From contig CM119268.1 in assembly GCA_051294375.1 (NCBI GenBank), positions 2,602,063-2,666,062 on the forward strand: a stretch of DNA of 64,000 nt, given 5' to 3'. A program made the translations under genes and the position numbers. Source of the DNA: Paraspadella gotoi. Lineage: Eukaryota > Animalia > Chaetognatha. Below, piece after piece: positions 13,201 to 47,970 of the stretch (position 1 is its first letter; each line of letters opens with the position of its first letter). The notes under the pieces were generated by a model. The model searched no databases. It had not been told where the DNA came from and saw only the letters and a list, made by a program, of their open reading frames with translations.

Positions 13201-16200
13201 GGTAGAAACTCATCGCCCGGAAGAAACCTCGTATTTACGAGTTTTCAATGTACTTTTTTGCGAGAATAAAAGTTTGTATATTTACGATTCTCGACGTTCA
13301 TATTTGGAACTCATGTTAAACAGTTTGTAAAAGATGTTAGGCTCGCCTCGGTTCACAATAAGGACGATTTTGAAAAGTAGTATCTGTGTCTCTTTCTTAC
13401 GCCTCGATTTCTGAGAGTTTCGCACTTTTTAGTTTTCTATTGAATTCTCCCCAAAATTGTTCGCCCGGAGAAACTTCGTTCTTACGAGTCTCCGAGGGAT
13501 TGTTCGAATAAGTCAATAAACGTTTCAAATATTCGATATCTCCTTTTATTTTTTATCGTGCGACTCAAGTTAGTACATTTTGTTCCGGGCGGATCAACGA
13601 CGTTGGTTCTCCGCGGGCGCGAAGTCTCAAATAACTTCACACTGTTCGTCTAGAACGCTGGACATCGCCAGCGTGAGAAGAAAAAATTCTCACACTTCCT
13701 CTCATACTATTCCGGCCAGGGCTTTTAATCAATCTATATGTTTCACCCATATATACGCCTTCTTCTTCAAGAATTCGGTGGCACTCAAATGTCGAGCTCG
13801 AACTCACGACCCCTGGATTAAGAGTCCTCATTACCATCTAAGGTAATTTAATGCATTCTAAAATAATCTAATGAAATTGGGACAACGAATATAAAAATTA
13901 TCCATTCAATTAATAAGCAAGCAATCTTGCCCCTGACTTTTGACAGGCTTTGGTGGTTTTAGGCCTCCTTCTCAAGATAATGACATATTATGGCAACAGC
14001 CGGTTTGCCTGTCTTGCCCATTGGGATGGGGAATCTTACTTCCGACCCTCAGTGACGCCTCCAGTCACTGGCGCGGTTACTCTAGGACGGTTTCGCTTTG
14101 CCAACGCAGGGGGAAGTCGTTAGGACTGTGGATGGATCGCAACGCTTGGGATGGTGCGTTCCCACTATGAGCCAATGGATTTGGCTGAACGATGGTGGAT
14201 GTGAGGCGGTGTGAATATACCGCCACAATTGCTTAATATGAAATTGGTACAACCAATATAAAAATTATCCATTCATTTAATAAATAAGCTATCTTGCCCC
14301 TGACTTTGGACAGGCTGTGGTGGTTTAAGGTCTCCATCACTCTCACAAGATAATGACATAGCAGGTCCCTGCAAGTTATATTATCGCCCACCTTTTTCCC
14401 CGGATTCAAATGCTTCAACAGTCGATTCCTTCTTTCGTAATCTTCGCCGTCGTTTCCGTGTTGTGGAAAATCGAAGGCGAAAAGGAAGTCGATCATCGAG
14501 AGACGACGCCGGTGACGCCGACCCCACGCCCACGGCGCCGGGGGACGCCGCTTGGTGGAGAACGGCGCCGCGAGGAGAGAGAGGAGGCGAGTGGGGCGGA
14601 CTTGCGGGGGGAGAGAAGGGGTGGGGGTGGGGGAGGAGGGAGTGGCGGGCGATGCAGAGGGGAAGCTGGATGGATTAATGGATGGATTAATAGATGGATT
14701 AATGGATTAATATATTGATCGCTATTTTTCACCGATTTTAAGAAGTGTTTGTGAACAAATAAACTAATAAATATTATAAAACAAACTTTATACAAATTAA
14801 ATTTGCTAACCCTAAAAACGCAAACAACAACAAAATTAAAACAATGAATACAAGTAATTTTAACGACAAATTTACTTCCAGTTGTCCTTACCTTTAACTG
14901 CCCGTCACTCACCTTTAACTGCCCGTCCCTCACCTTTCACTGCCCGTCCCTCACCTCTAACTGCCCGTCCCGGCGCCATTCGCGACGCCGCCCTCGCTCT
15001 TGCCATTCCATCGATGGCGCCGTCGTCCGGACGAATTCCAAGTTCCGTGCGCCGTATTTCCACGCCGTCGGCGACCATCGCGCGACGGCGTTTTTCAGGG
15101 TCGCGTGCATCGGCGTCGATCGGCCCAACTGTTTTGACGACGCCGGCGTTCTGAAAGGAAAAGGGGATAGTTTGTTTTTATTGTATTATATAAAGTAAAT
15201 TGTAGCACGTTTGTTCGTTGATTCATTCCTTCATTCATTCATTCCTTCATTCATTCATTCATTCATTCATTCATTCATTCATTCATTCATTCATTCATTC
15301 ATTCATTAATTCGTTCGTTCCTTCGTTCGATCTTTATTTTACCTTCACAACATCTTTCGGCGTTGGAGCGATTCTGGTCGGCGTCAAAAACGGAGGCTGG
15401 TTCGACGCCGATTTAAGTAACCGCGACTGTTGTAGATGCTGAGAATGCGGCACCTGCTGTGGCTGTTGTAGTTGCTTGGAATGCGGAACCTGCTGCGGCT
15501 GTTTTAGATACTGGGAATGCGGCACCTGCTGCGGCTGTTGTAGATTCTGGGAACGCGGCAACTGCCGCGGCTGCGCATGTGGGACATGCTGCGGCTGTAG
15601 AAATTCATCCCCTCTTTCCTGCAGCATCTTTCGATTCGTTGGTTGCGAAAATGGCGAAGCCGGCCCCGTCGTCGTCGTCGTCGTCGTCGTCGCTCTTATC
15701 GTCGTTGCCATCGTCGTCGTCGTCTCCGACCCTCCCGGACGAGCGATTCCTTCTCTTGAAGTCTTTCGTTGACGATGCGCAGCGTTGAAGGCGAAGTTGA
15801 CGCATCCTCCGACTGCGCACCCTTTGGAGTCAACCAAGCGTTTTTCATCCTGAGAAAAATTGATGCTTTACGAAATCTAGTATAAATTATACTCAATTGT
15901 GATACCACAGGGTAAAGGGTCTGAATGATAATGATAATGATAATATATCATTATAAATTTTCAAATTTCAAAGTCATCGTGAATGCACTGACCTCCTCCG
16001 AGAGAAGCGGCTCGACAGCGGCCGAATCCGCGATTCCCGCCGGTTGACGAGTCACTGGAAGTCGGTTAAGGCTAGAGGGAATAAGACGACCTCTTTGTCG
16101 ACGAACTATTGGAGCGTGGAGAGCATGAAGGTTTCCGTCGACGTGCGGCTTGGCGATTGGACATCGAGATCCTGGAGAGCGAAGTTCGTCGATCGATTGA

Positions 16201-16313
16201 CGATCGGTTCGACGCAGGATCTCGTTTTGACGCGGGGAAGTTCGTGGACGAGAGGTTGGAGGTGGCGGTGCCGGCGACGGAGAAGGCGCCGCCGCGAGTC
16301 CGCAACATTTCAT
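510..16313 (-). CDS. Multi-exon gene for a long low-complexity (Pro/Ser/Arg/Asp/Gln-rich), probably disordered protein; no recognisable domain
   Basis: Phase-consistent GT-AG chain read by hand: 16313-15993 (MKCCGLAAAPSP..), 15849-15343, 15150-14955, ~14600-14392, ~13041-12841, ~12662-12539, ~11661-11464, ~11237-11062, 5315-5260, ~5145-4971, ~4278-3596, ~3441-3275, ~2948-2419, ~2289-2152, ~1917-1580, ~1462-728, ~604-510 (TGA). Some boundaries are approximate; it could be two genes. Confidence 0.5.
3497..3586. repeat. (CAT)n microsatellite
   Basis: Long ATC/CAT run read directly; source of the spurious poly-His/poly-Ile ORFs. Confidence 0.9.
4576..4790 (+). mobile_element. tRNA-derived SINE-like repeat, copy 1
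   Basis: A-box-like GGTGGCTCATTGAG, AGCTCATGACC loop and degenerate B-box; homologous to 11860-12085 (reverse) and 12091-12290. Confidence 0.55.
5596..5893. mobile_element. MITE-like element with terminal inverted repeats
   Basis: aattttcgcatacgcccatatttatacatagtacttaccat (5596-5636) is the near-perfect reverse complement of 5853-5893; AT-rich non-coding interior; interior resembles ~16495-16600. Confidence 0.65.
6380..10822 (+). CDS. Uncharacterised type I single-pass membrane glycoprotein (~283 aa, 8 exons)
   Basis: Exons 6380-6443, 6540-6647, 9102-9183, 9272-9404, 9766-9928, 10111-10205, 10372-10450, 10695-10822 join in frame with GT-AG. Signal peptide MILFVGIMFCGIRLGNA; sequons NSS/NIT/NLT/NIS/NRS; TM WMFPLIGGAIVAVLVGSLCFV followed by KGRRR; short Tyr/acidic tail. 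Confidence 0.7.
7240..8733 (+). CDS. Intronless multi-C2H2 zinc-finger protein (497 aa, ~12 fingers, some degenerate)
   Basis: Repeated CxxC-x12-HxxxH motifs with TGEKP-like linkers (HAEKKWTC, HSTEKKYKC, HLDIKPYRC); central Lys/Glu-rich basic segment; AATAAA at 8831. Confidence 0.92.
   Translation: MTNESDATSSASYKKLVLSKCPGCNFATESKELLSSHLSIHDFPVEMSVFEELVNFKCSLCGFTNQFEDLMISHVGVHDHDNNNDIRKAQWRESLRVMPEGTDLESLMEFPTFTCTICRMTFDKKRKLTCHALLHAGVKVFMCGDCQYVKLHRSYLIDHIQRVHKNTTPRLYVMNDFSLKLTDHKCDNCERLFLTESEAKEHPCERRRDPRMEKNKTHRTRAEWHKEIRQRSLKRKQKMKMELEERAKKRKEKKERKEKEKKEKSEMSLTCDVCGYVSPGLTHFALHKQFHSKLWSLSCKHCGIATKNKQALRDHLKTHDDVDAGMLEYFAETPAMEPNREDVFMCDLCDYTSVGPVKMKQHQLTHAEKKWTCDLCDFASSRKQHLRRHMQTHSTEKKYKCDDCEFAAVTRARLTRHRKQHLDIKPYRCQKCGFAFTQLCYLKRHLQFAERDEAFKCRFCCHTNSVRNAVRLHERRSHPEEKPTLKRKKKVETKSET
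11691..12090 (-). mobile_element. TIR-bounded element carrying a tRNA-like cassette (copy 2)
   Basis: Right end 12038-12090 is the reverse complement of 11691-11798 (left end interrupted by ~50 bp). The interior on - reads cccggtggtaaagccatcagctcatgccc..gggttcaatcc (B-box) and matches 4615-4790. Confidence 0.55.
12091..12290 (+). mobile_element. tRNA-derived SINE-like repeat, copy 3
   Basis: acccggcggctaattgagtaataccatcggctcatgacc..cccaatggta aligns by eye to 4619-4690. Confidence 0.5.
13871..14360. repeat. Pair of ~120-bp diverged direct repeats flanking ~250 bp
   Basis: 13871-13987 and 14238-14360 both read atgaaattgg..aaaaattatccattca..tcttgcccctgactt..gataatgacata. Confidence 0.75.
14888..14970 (-). 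repeat. 21-bp tandem repeat x4, each unit containing an exon end plus GT donor
   Basis: On - the unit is GGACGGGCAGTTAAAG|GTGAG; exon ends fall at 14955, 14934, 14913 and 14892. Confidence 0.85.
15425..15600 (-). repeat. 36-bp coding repeat (QQPQQVPHSQxL)
   Basis: About 4 imperfect 12-aa units within exon 15849-15343. Confidence 0.75.
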
Positions 16314-16918
16314 GATCGTTACTAGGGTCAATCTTTGTCAATGTGGTGTGTCAGAAGTTTGATTTGGGAACTTTCCCAAATGAAACTTCATACATTTCTG
16401 ATGGACCAAAATTTTCTAAAATGGCTAGAAGCTAGTATTATATATATATATTATAATTACTAGTAGTAATTAATTTTTTAATATTTATTTATAGATAGGA
16501 AATGTCAAAATTTTTTTAGGAAATTTGTATTTTTAAAAGCAGATTCAGATAGTTTATGCAAAGTTATCTGGACAAAGTATAATTCTTTTTTCAATATTTT
16601 GATCATAAGGTGGGTTACAATTAGAAAAAACCTGAAAAAATCATCATCATCATCATCATCCGATGATTTTAGCAGTTTTTCTAATTTTCAGTAATAAAAC
16701 ATCAAAATTTTAAAAGCTGTAATTACATTTTTAGCATACCTTTTTGAGCTCTATCAGAATCAATTAAAAAACTTTAAAAAAACAAAAAATAATTTTAACA
16801 TTATATAGCAATTTTAATTAGAGAATTACTTATGGTAATATTTTTGCGAAAAATATTTTAACACAATAATTAGGCATCGTGAATTTCCTTTCGTTTCGTT
16901 GTGTTTGAATTTTGAAAT

Positions 16919-17090
16919 AATAGAAGAAGTTTGAATTTGCTTTCAACCACGATTTTATTGGTACATAGGGACGTACATGTTTCTACAATTTCTATGACGC
17001 TGAAGAAGGCTTGTAAATTAAAGCCGAAACATGTACGTCCGTATGTACCAATAAAATCGTTGTTGAAAGCAAATTCAAACTTCGTCTATT
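16919..17090. repeat. 65-bp inverted repeat (3 mismatches) with 42-nt spacer; Penelope-like pseudo-LTR remnant
   Basis: Arms at 16919-16983 and 17026-17090; the right part carries a hammerhead core followed by AATAAA. Confidence 0.85.
16996..17039 (+). ncRNA. Minimal type I hammerhead ribozyme
   Basis: GACG-CTGAAGA-A-GGCTT(gtaaatta)AAGCC-GAAA-CATG-TA^-CGTC: stem I GACG/CGTC, stem II GGCTT/AAGCC, palindromic ACATGT stem III, GUA cleavage after 17035. Confidence 0.75.
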
Positions 17091-19348
17091 AACAAAATAA
17101 TTAAGACTAATAATGGATTAGTTTAACGCTGTTCGGCTACCGCTATCGTTAGTACTTGCTCGGCGGCGTGGTTTGAATTTGAGTTTTACGTTGTTTTAAT
17201 TTTAAATTAGATATAATTCTTTGGAATATATTCCTCAAAAGCCAACGTGAATAAAAATTGTTTACTAACATTTCTCGTCGTCAAAATGTGTCACGAGTCA
17301 ACTTCCATGATGAAAAACTGAAACACATATTTGTCTGTTGTTAATGACGATTCTTTTTGAGAGGAGTTAAAATTTAGAATTAAGAATCGATAAAACAATT
17401 TTAATTTAGTCGCATCTAAAAAAAGAATATATATATATATATTATATATATATAATATATACAATCAAATCACTATCCTTACAGCCACTTTATATGACAG
17501 AATTTTGAAAGAAAATTTTAAAAAATGTTTTTAAATTTTGTTTCATGCAAAAAATTTAGAGTTGCCGGTGCTTTTAAGGCATAAAAGGCATTGTATCCAA
17601 AGTTACTTCAATCTCATTTGCATATTGCAGTAATTTCAAATAATATGTTAATCTTTAACATTGTGGCCTTATGCAATGTTATTTTTCTTTCAAAATTATT
17701 ACACTATGTAGGATTTAATTCTTTTGATAAAAAATAATATCTATTTGTAAATGATGCTCTTGATAAGCACAAAACTTGTTCATGCTGTGATCCAAAATTT
17801 GTCACCGAATCATATTCAAAATACAAAGTATATTTTTCTGTTTTCTTTGCTTTGTACACTTATGTGCAAAAGCAAAGCAATATCGTCCTTAATTTTAGGC
17901 GAATTTATGAACTCTCATTATTAGAGAGTCTATCTGTACCTCTGATCAACTCATACTTTCTATATATATCTTATTTATATATTATTTGATACAGTTTGAT
18001 TTTTCTCGTTTGTAACATTTTCTGTAGAGATATATCAGAATCCCTTCACAATGGAGAGTGGAGACCTAAATGGTGACTCATTTTGTATCCCGCCGTCTTG
18101 CATTTACGACGATATCAATTTTTGCATAATTTTAATACGTGTCTTGCCGTCTTGGTTATTAACTTCTCGGCACCTATTATTAAGTATTAAAATTTGTCGA
18201 TCAACTTATGATTTATTTACCTTTTAATGTTTCACGAATTCACAATCAAATAATACTTAGTTAAATTTAAAAATTATAGTATACAAAATGTAGCATTTTG
18301 TCTGCTCTACAAAGTGGTATAGATTTCATATTTTTTAATGCTTAGTTACTTTGTAACTTTTCAAACTAAAAATAAAGGTACTCAATTTCATTAGTACCGT
18401 TACTGTTATAATAATAATATCGTTTTTGATATTAATAAAAAAAAATTGTGACTTTTTTAAATATTTTATTAACGTTATAAGTTTTGATGTTAGTGTTTTG
18501 TGTAACCGCTTTATCAGTGTAGTTTTTATTTGTTTACTGGGTTTACTGCAACCAGAAAATTATAAAAAATAAAAAATGCTTTCAACCCAACTACATTTGT
18601 TAAGCTTATCGTTTTTTATTCTTAGGATTCTGAGAATGTTGCAAGTCTGCCATTATTGGCAGTTATTGCAGTAATTTTCGTCGTTACAAATTTTTTAAGT
18701 TCCACGTTGGAGTTAAAAAAAAAATATCAATTTCATACATATACATAATATTGTTCTACTGTTATTACTGTCATAACGTCAAAACCGCCTTTTCGCCTCC
18801 ATTTCTAGAATGTAAACAAAAAGGGAGAGACGATTGGGCGAGAGAGAAGAGAAGACCAGTTTTTCCGTTTAATTATGGATCGAGGAGAAGTGGGGGAGGC
18901 GGGGGGAGGCAAGAGGGGGGGTTAGGGGGGCGGAACTCCGCTTTGGCTGTCGACAGTCGGCATCAACCGCGCGCGCGGACTATGGAAGAAAAATAAAAGA
19001 TTTTTTTCCCGGCGTCGTTTTCAACTTATATCGAGTATAAAATTAAAATAGAAAACAAAGTTCATTTGTTTACAAACTACGAGCAACAAAAATAAAGTCT
19101 TGAGTTAACACAAATTTTAAAATTCTAAAACTTTCTACTATAATCAAATTGTTATAACGAATCGACGATTAACCGAAGTTCCGAGGGCAAGAATAAGTTT
19201 TAACAACTCCAATTGGGTAAGTCATCAGAATTTTATAAAGTTTAAATCTATTTGGTTTTTTAACAACCAAGTTTTTGGGTAAAATGACATTTTTTTTTAA
19301 AATATTTTTTTCGGTGGTGGCGAAAGATGATCTTTGCTTTGGGAGTTT

Positions 19349-19376
19349 GATGACGTGGCGTCGAGGTCACGTGACC
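19349..19376. promoter_or_regulatory. Adjacent bZIP (GATGACGTGGC) and bHLH-ZIP (GGTCACGTGACC) motifs
   Basis: Motifs read directly; they match XBP1/CREB3-type and TFEB/USF-type consensus sites. Function is inferred. Confidence 0.35.
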
Positions 19377-19434
19377 GAGGGTCAGTGAATCGAAAACCGG
19401 AGGAAGATTATGAGGAAAAATGGAGAAGGAAATG

Positions 19435-19562
<128 letters not shown>

Positions 19563-21117
19563 AGTGAAAGAGAGAAAGAAAAAAAAACACGTCTAAGTAA
19601 ATAAGAAACATTTATTCTTAAGAATATTTTTTTTTGGCGTCAAATCATAAAATGTAAATGTAAAGAAATGTAAAGTTAGAAATTATAAGATGACAAACTG
19701 GGAGTTCTCAAGAAAAAACGATTAATAAAGCTTTGGATGCTTCAACTCGAGAATTGCCCAAAAACCGCGAAACGATTCTCGGCGACGCACCCAGCAGCGT
19801 AACGACGTGCGCAGCAGCGTAACGAAGCCGACGCGTCTCGCGTGACGCGGCGGGTCACCCCCCCTCTGCATAACCCGCGCGGCCTAATCCGGGGTCAACG
19901 AGTTTGACCGCGTAAAAGGCGAAGGGCGCATCGTGTCGTTGGGAGATGGCGATTTGGTCAAACCTCATGAGTCATGACCTCAATTGTCCGTTTCTTTTTT
20001 TTAACCTCTCTCACCTACCTTTTCACATTTGTTCGGGAATCTCTACCCTAATTTCACAGGGGTTAATAAATAATTTCTGGTTTATAATTCTAATATTGAT
20101 ACCCACATCTAAAGTATGGGATGTCATAGTCATAACCTCCATTTTTCCTATTTTATTTTTTTTTATAATTAATATGAAGGGAAGAAGTTGCAAAATAAAC
20201 AGATGAAGCTCCGGCATAGTTTTTTTTTTAATTTATTTTTAAAAAACAATAATAAAAAAAGAAAAAAAATCCTTACATCATTTACATCAAATTGTATAAG
20301 GATGAACATTGAACAGCTATTATAGGACTGCAATAGATTATGAATATAACCGGCTTTAAACGCCAGATTCAAAATCAATTATTAGATTATAGACTTTTTC
20401 ATTAATTTTCTTTAGTATTATTTGAGTTTGATAACTCATAAAGTAACTGGAGAATTTGGAAAAATTTCCATCCTAATGGATTTAAAATATTGCTATACTG
20501 AGAAAATGATCTCAATAAAAATTGATTAAAATATTAAATTATCATAATTATCTATTTTAACTGGATTAAGTGTAAAATTAAAATTTACTTACAATGTCAA
20601 AGAGTTGTAAAAAAATTATAAACCCTTTACTGCAATATGTAAATTAGATTTTGAATTCAAAAGTGTTTTAAAACTATTTGAATGTATCATAACCTAGACG
20701 GTTAATTATTTTTAATTATTGTTTGTAAGGAATAAAGGGAGAAAACAAAATAAAGAAAGAAACACAGAAAGAAAAAAAGATAGAAAATAGGAAATTCGGT
20801 TTTTGAAATTGAATTTGGAAAAAAACAAGTATGAGAAAACAATGTCGCATCTGCCTATGATAATTTAGCGGTAAGCAGCTAATCAGATAGTCATGATGAA
20901 TCTTTCAATTTGTAATCATCAAATATTTTTAAAAAAATCATAACATTACAAATAATTAATTTATTTATAAATCTATAAAAAAATATTTACTCTATATCTT
21001 AAATAGAAAGTAAGAGAAACGTAACTCATCAATGATCATGACAGATCATAACATAAAATTGTTCCAGATTTCTTAAGAAATCAATTTAAAAAATTTATCC
21101 ATCAATTATTCAATCAT

Positions 21118-21173
<56 letters not shown>

Positions 21174-22400
21174 TTGAAAAAGTAAAAGTAAAAGTAAATG
21201 TTAATTTGGTTTTTTTCTCATTTCCACTCTTTTCCACTCTCACGATTCCATACAAACTTTCTATCTTGCTCAATGAAAAAATGTAAAAATGTAAAAAAGT
21301 AAAAATGTAAAATTAGGTTGGCAAAAAATCGAGGAGAGGGATCACAACTCAAAAAAACCATAAAACATAATAGGAATACAATCAACAAAAATAAAAATCA
21401 GCAAAAATCCATTATTGACGCTAAAAGATACAAAAAGCCACATCACAATAAGCTGAGGCAAAATAAAAAAATACACACTATAAAACTAACAATTTAAAAA
21501 AAACTATAAAACGCTATAAACCGCTACCTTACAAACCATATGAAACACTCTAACGAAAAATACTAAATAAATAAATGTATGTGGTCCCTCAATATTCAAA
21601 ACTCGATACTCTTATTGGTTAAACAAATTTCAATAGGCAATTCTAACCCGTTTTAGAAGGTTTCCCCACTATATAATTAATACATATAATGTACTCAGTA
21701 CATAATAAGTTTCTATATCTGATTGGGCATAGTTTAAATTTCATGACATTACGACTGATTTTTTTTTATTTATAACGAAATCCCAATTATATTCCACTCG
21801 AGAATATTTTTGACCAATTAGGTCTCTTCATTTCTCTGCTATCTGACTTATTCTAATTTCGTCAATAGAAAAAAAAAAATGTTCGTAAGATAAGCAAAAA
21901 ATATTAGATGATATACATGCTCGCTTAATGCTTTCCCTTAATCTCTAGAATCACCGCACGAATCTTTACTCTAATATGCAAATTAAGTTTTGGTCGCGAT
22001 TTTTTAAGCGGACTCGATGGAAAGCCTCTCGTGGGGGGGACTCTCCTCCGGGGTCGACCTAAAAAACTAAGTCCCCGAAACGAGGAGGAAGAAGGGAGGA
22101 AAGAAGGAAAGGAGGAGAGATGGGGAGGAAGAGAGGAAGTGAAAAGGAGGAAGAAGGGAGGAAAGGAGGAGAGATGGAGAGGAAGAGTAAAAAGTGATAA
22201 GGAGGAAGTGAGAAACAGAGGATTGAAAGGAAAACTAGATAAGGCAATGAGAAATCCAGAAAGGTCGCAAAAAAACTAAGAGGAATAAAAAAGAAGAAAG
22301 CAAGGAAATGAGAGAGAGAAAACGAAAATGTTAGAATAAAAAAAAAAAATTAAAGAAATGCGTTTATCGTCAACATTGTGGTCAATAGCGCGATTATCCC

Positions 22401-23046
22401 CATCATTGACGTCTCGTCTACATCATCATCTAACATCCTCATCTTCTTCCCCATTCAGTGACGTCTCTCTACATCATCATCTAACATTCTCATCTTCTTC
22501 CCCTTCATTGACGTCTCTCTACATCATCATCTAACATCCTCATCTTCTTCCCCATCAGTGACGTCTCTCTACATCATCATCTAACATCCTCATCTTCTTC
22601 CCCTTCATTGACGTCTCTCTACATCATCATCTAACATCCTCATCTTCTTCCCCATCATTGACGTCTCTCTACATCATCATCTAACATCCTCATCTTCTTC
22701 CCCATCAGTGACGTCTCTCTACATCATCATCTAACATCCTCATCTTCTTCTCCATCAGTGACGTCTCTCTACATCATCATCTAACATCCTCATCTTCTTC
22801 CCCTTCATTGACGTCTCTCTACATCATCATCTAACATCCTCATCTTCTTCCCTTCATTGACGTCTCTCTACATCATCATCTAACATCCTCATCTTCTTCC
22901 CCATCATTGACGTCTCTCTACATCATCATCTAACATCCTCATCTTCTTCCCATCAGTGACGTCTCTCTACATCATCATCTAACATCCTCATTTCTTTCCC
23001 CTTCATTGACGTCTCTCTACATCATCTAACATCCTCATCTTCTTCG
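22401..23046. repeat. ~50-bp minisatellite, ~13 copies
   Basis: Unit ca(t/g)tgacgtctctctacatcatcatctaacatcctcatcttcttccc(a/t)t repeated head to tail. Confidence 0.95.
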
Positions 23047-23581
23047 TCATCATCTTCGTCATCATCCAGAAGATCCTCCGTGATGGACGGCCCAGTCGCC
23101 GGACGAAGGCATCCGAGTCGAATCTCCGGCTCGGGGGTGGCGTGGGAGGGGGAAAGGGATTGTGGTCGGGGGTAGGGGAGGGGTAGGGGGTAGGGTAGAG
23201 GAGACAAAGATTGTGGTTGGGGGTAGGGCCCAGTGTGGAGGTCTATGCGCCTGCCACGGACGGTGCATTAATTAATTAGCTCTTTTAGAAAAAACCACTA
23301 CGACGTCGTCTACTTAATATGTTTTTACGAAGTTGAATGTCATCGATGGATGTTCTTTTGTTGTAAAGAGATCAATTCTTGATCAATTCTTCTGTAAAAA
23401 CTATCAGGGTAATAAACAAAAACAATGGTATTCAATTATACTTTCTCAAATTTGACTGACATAGTCTGTAATTGCGGTTTTACGTATTCGGTTTTATTCA
23501 TCTAAGTTGGTAACTTTTTTTGGCTCATTTATAAGAGTTCATTTATCATTTGGGCGCGGACGTTTCCGACATCTAAATTCT

Positions 23582-23688
<107 letters not shown>

Positions 23689-24926
23689 ATGAGGAAGAGA
23701 AAAGGACTGTTCTTCTTTCGGACTCATCGTTTTTTGGTGGATTTTTCCTCGAATTTAGTTCCTCATTGAAAAAAAAATGGATCGTTCTTTCAGTGTCCTT
23801 ATTACACTCTATATATATATATATTTTTTAATATTTCAAATATATTCTCTTTTATACGGTTTTATTGACCTACCCCAATAAAAGCAGCAAAGGTCGATCG
23901 ATTATATTCATTGACGATTCTCTATCTTAACGTCTCATCTTTCAAATAATTTTACCGCAAGTTTCAATGGTATATTTTATTTATCTAATAACGTTACCGA
24001 AGTTCAGACTAGGAAAATCTAACAAGCAATTCCACTTTTGGGTCATCGAGGGAAAAAGGAAAGAGAGGGGGGACAGAGAAATGGGACATTTGTTCTTTTT
24101 ATGTTTAATTTATTGTAACAACTTGTAATTGATTACTTTTAAGTTATAATGAGTCAAATTTCATTACAATACAATGTACAAAATACAAAATGAAAATAAA
24201 AATACTGACGTTTAAGAAATGGGATTTTTTATTTACAAGTTCGAGACGAATTCATCGTTTTCGTAAAAAAAGAGTATGACGTCGAAAATGTTCATACTCT
24301 ATGCGTTGCAAAACTTTTAATTAGACACAAAACTGTTTCATATTTTCGGTTTAATAATGTTCAAGTATCCAATGAAAACAAAATTAAAAGTTCGCCGATG
24401 ATATGGAATTTTATTTTTGTTCAATATCACCTAATTTTTTCTACAAATCGAAATAGAATATATGGCACGAATGATGTAATGGTAAAAAAAAAAAAACCTC
24501 TTTAATTACCAATGATCCATGAAATAATCAAATTAAGAAAAAGTGGTTTAGCTAGATGCTAGCTGCCGCGAAAAATCATGTTCTTTCGACGAAGAAGAAC
24601 AAGAACACACACAAAAAAATTTGTTTTAATAATATACGACCAAAATCTATTTACTATAATATTATAATTAGAAAAAAAAATATTCATTGTCATGAAAGAA
24701 CGAGGTGAACCTGTTTTCCGGCCAATTTTAAAAAAAAATGTGAAAGCGAATGAATTTTTGGGATAAAAAAACAAAATGAGGCGATTTAAAAAAAAGTTTA
24801 TATCTTTTTATACTCGAGGTACTAAAGAAAGAAAAGGACATCCGAACCGCCACTAAACCGTCCCTCTATCGTTCAACGATGAAACTATCAAAAATTTTGG
24901 CGATGGTCTTTTGTCTTTCGAGCGGA

Positions 24927-47572
<22,646 letters not shown>

Positions 47573-47848
47573 CTGAGGGGTGAGGAGGGTGAGAGGGTGA
47601 GGTAATGAGAGAGGGAAGAACGGAATGTTAAGAGTAATAAAGGAAAGGATAAAAAGGGATATAAAGTTACATTTTACTATCTTCTTTTTGTTAAAGTATA
47701 ACTCCGAAATAAATGGGCGATACACATCTGCTGATCAACGATTTTGTCGGAATATATTCTCGGTTTCTTTAGGTTTCTAAAGTTTCAACCGACGAAGGAA
47801 TCGTTTCTCTTGATGACGAGAGGAGAAAGAGAGAGAGAGAGAGAGAGG

Positions 47849-47889
<41 letters not shown>

Positions 47890-47923
47890 AATTTGGCGTT
47901 GTTTTACTTTTTTTCCCCTTTCC

Positions 47924-47970
<47 letters not shown>

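Noticed and set aside
22401-23046. CRISPR-like array
   Set aside because: No unique spacers and a eukaryotic context; it is a plain minisatellite.
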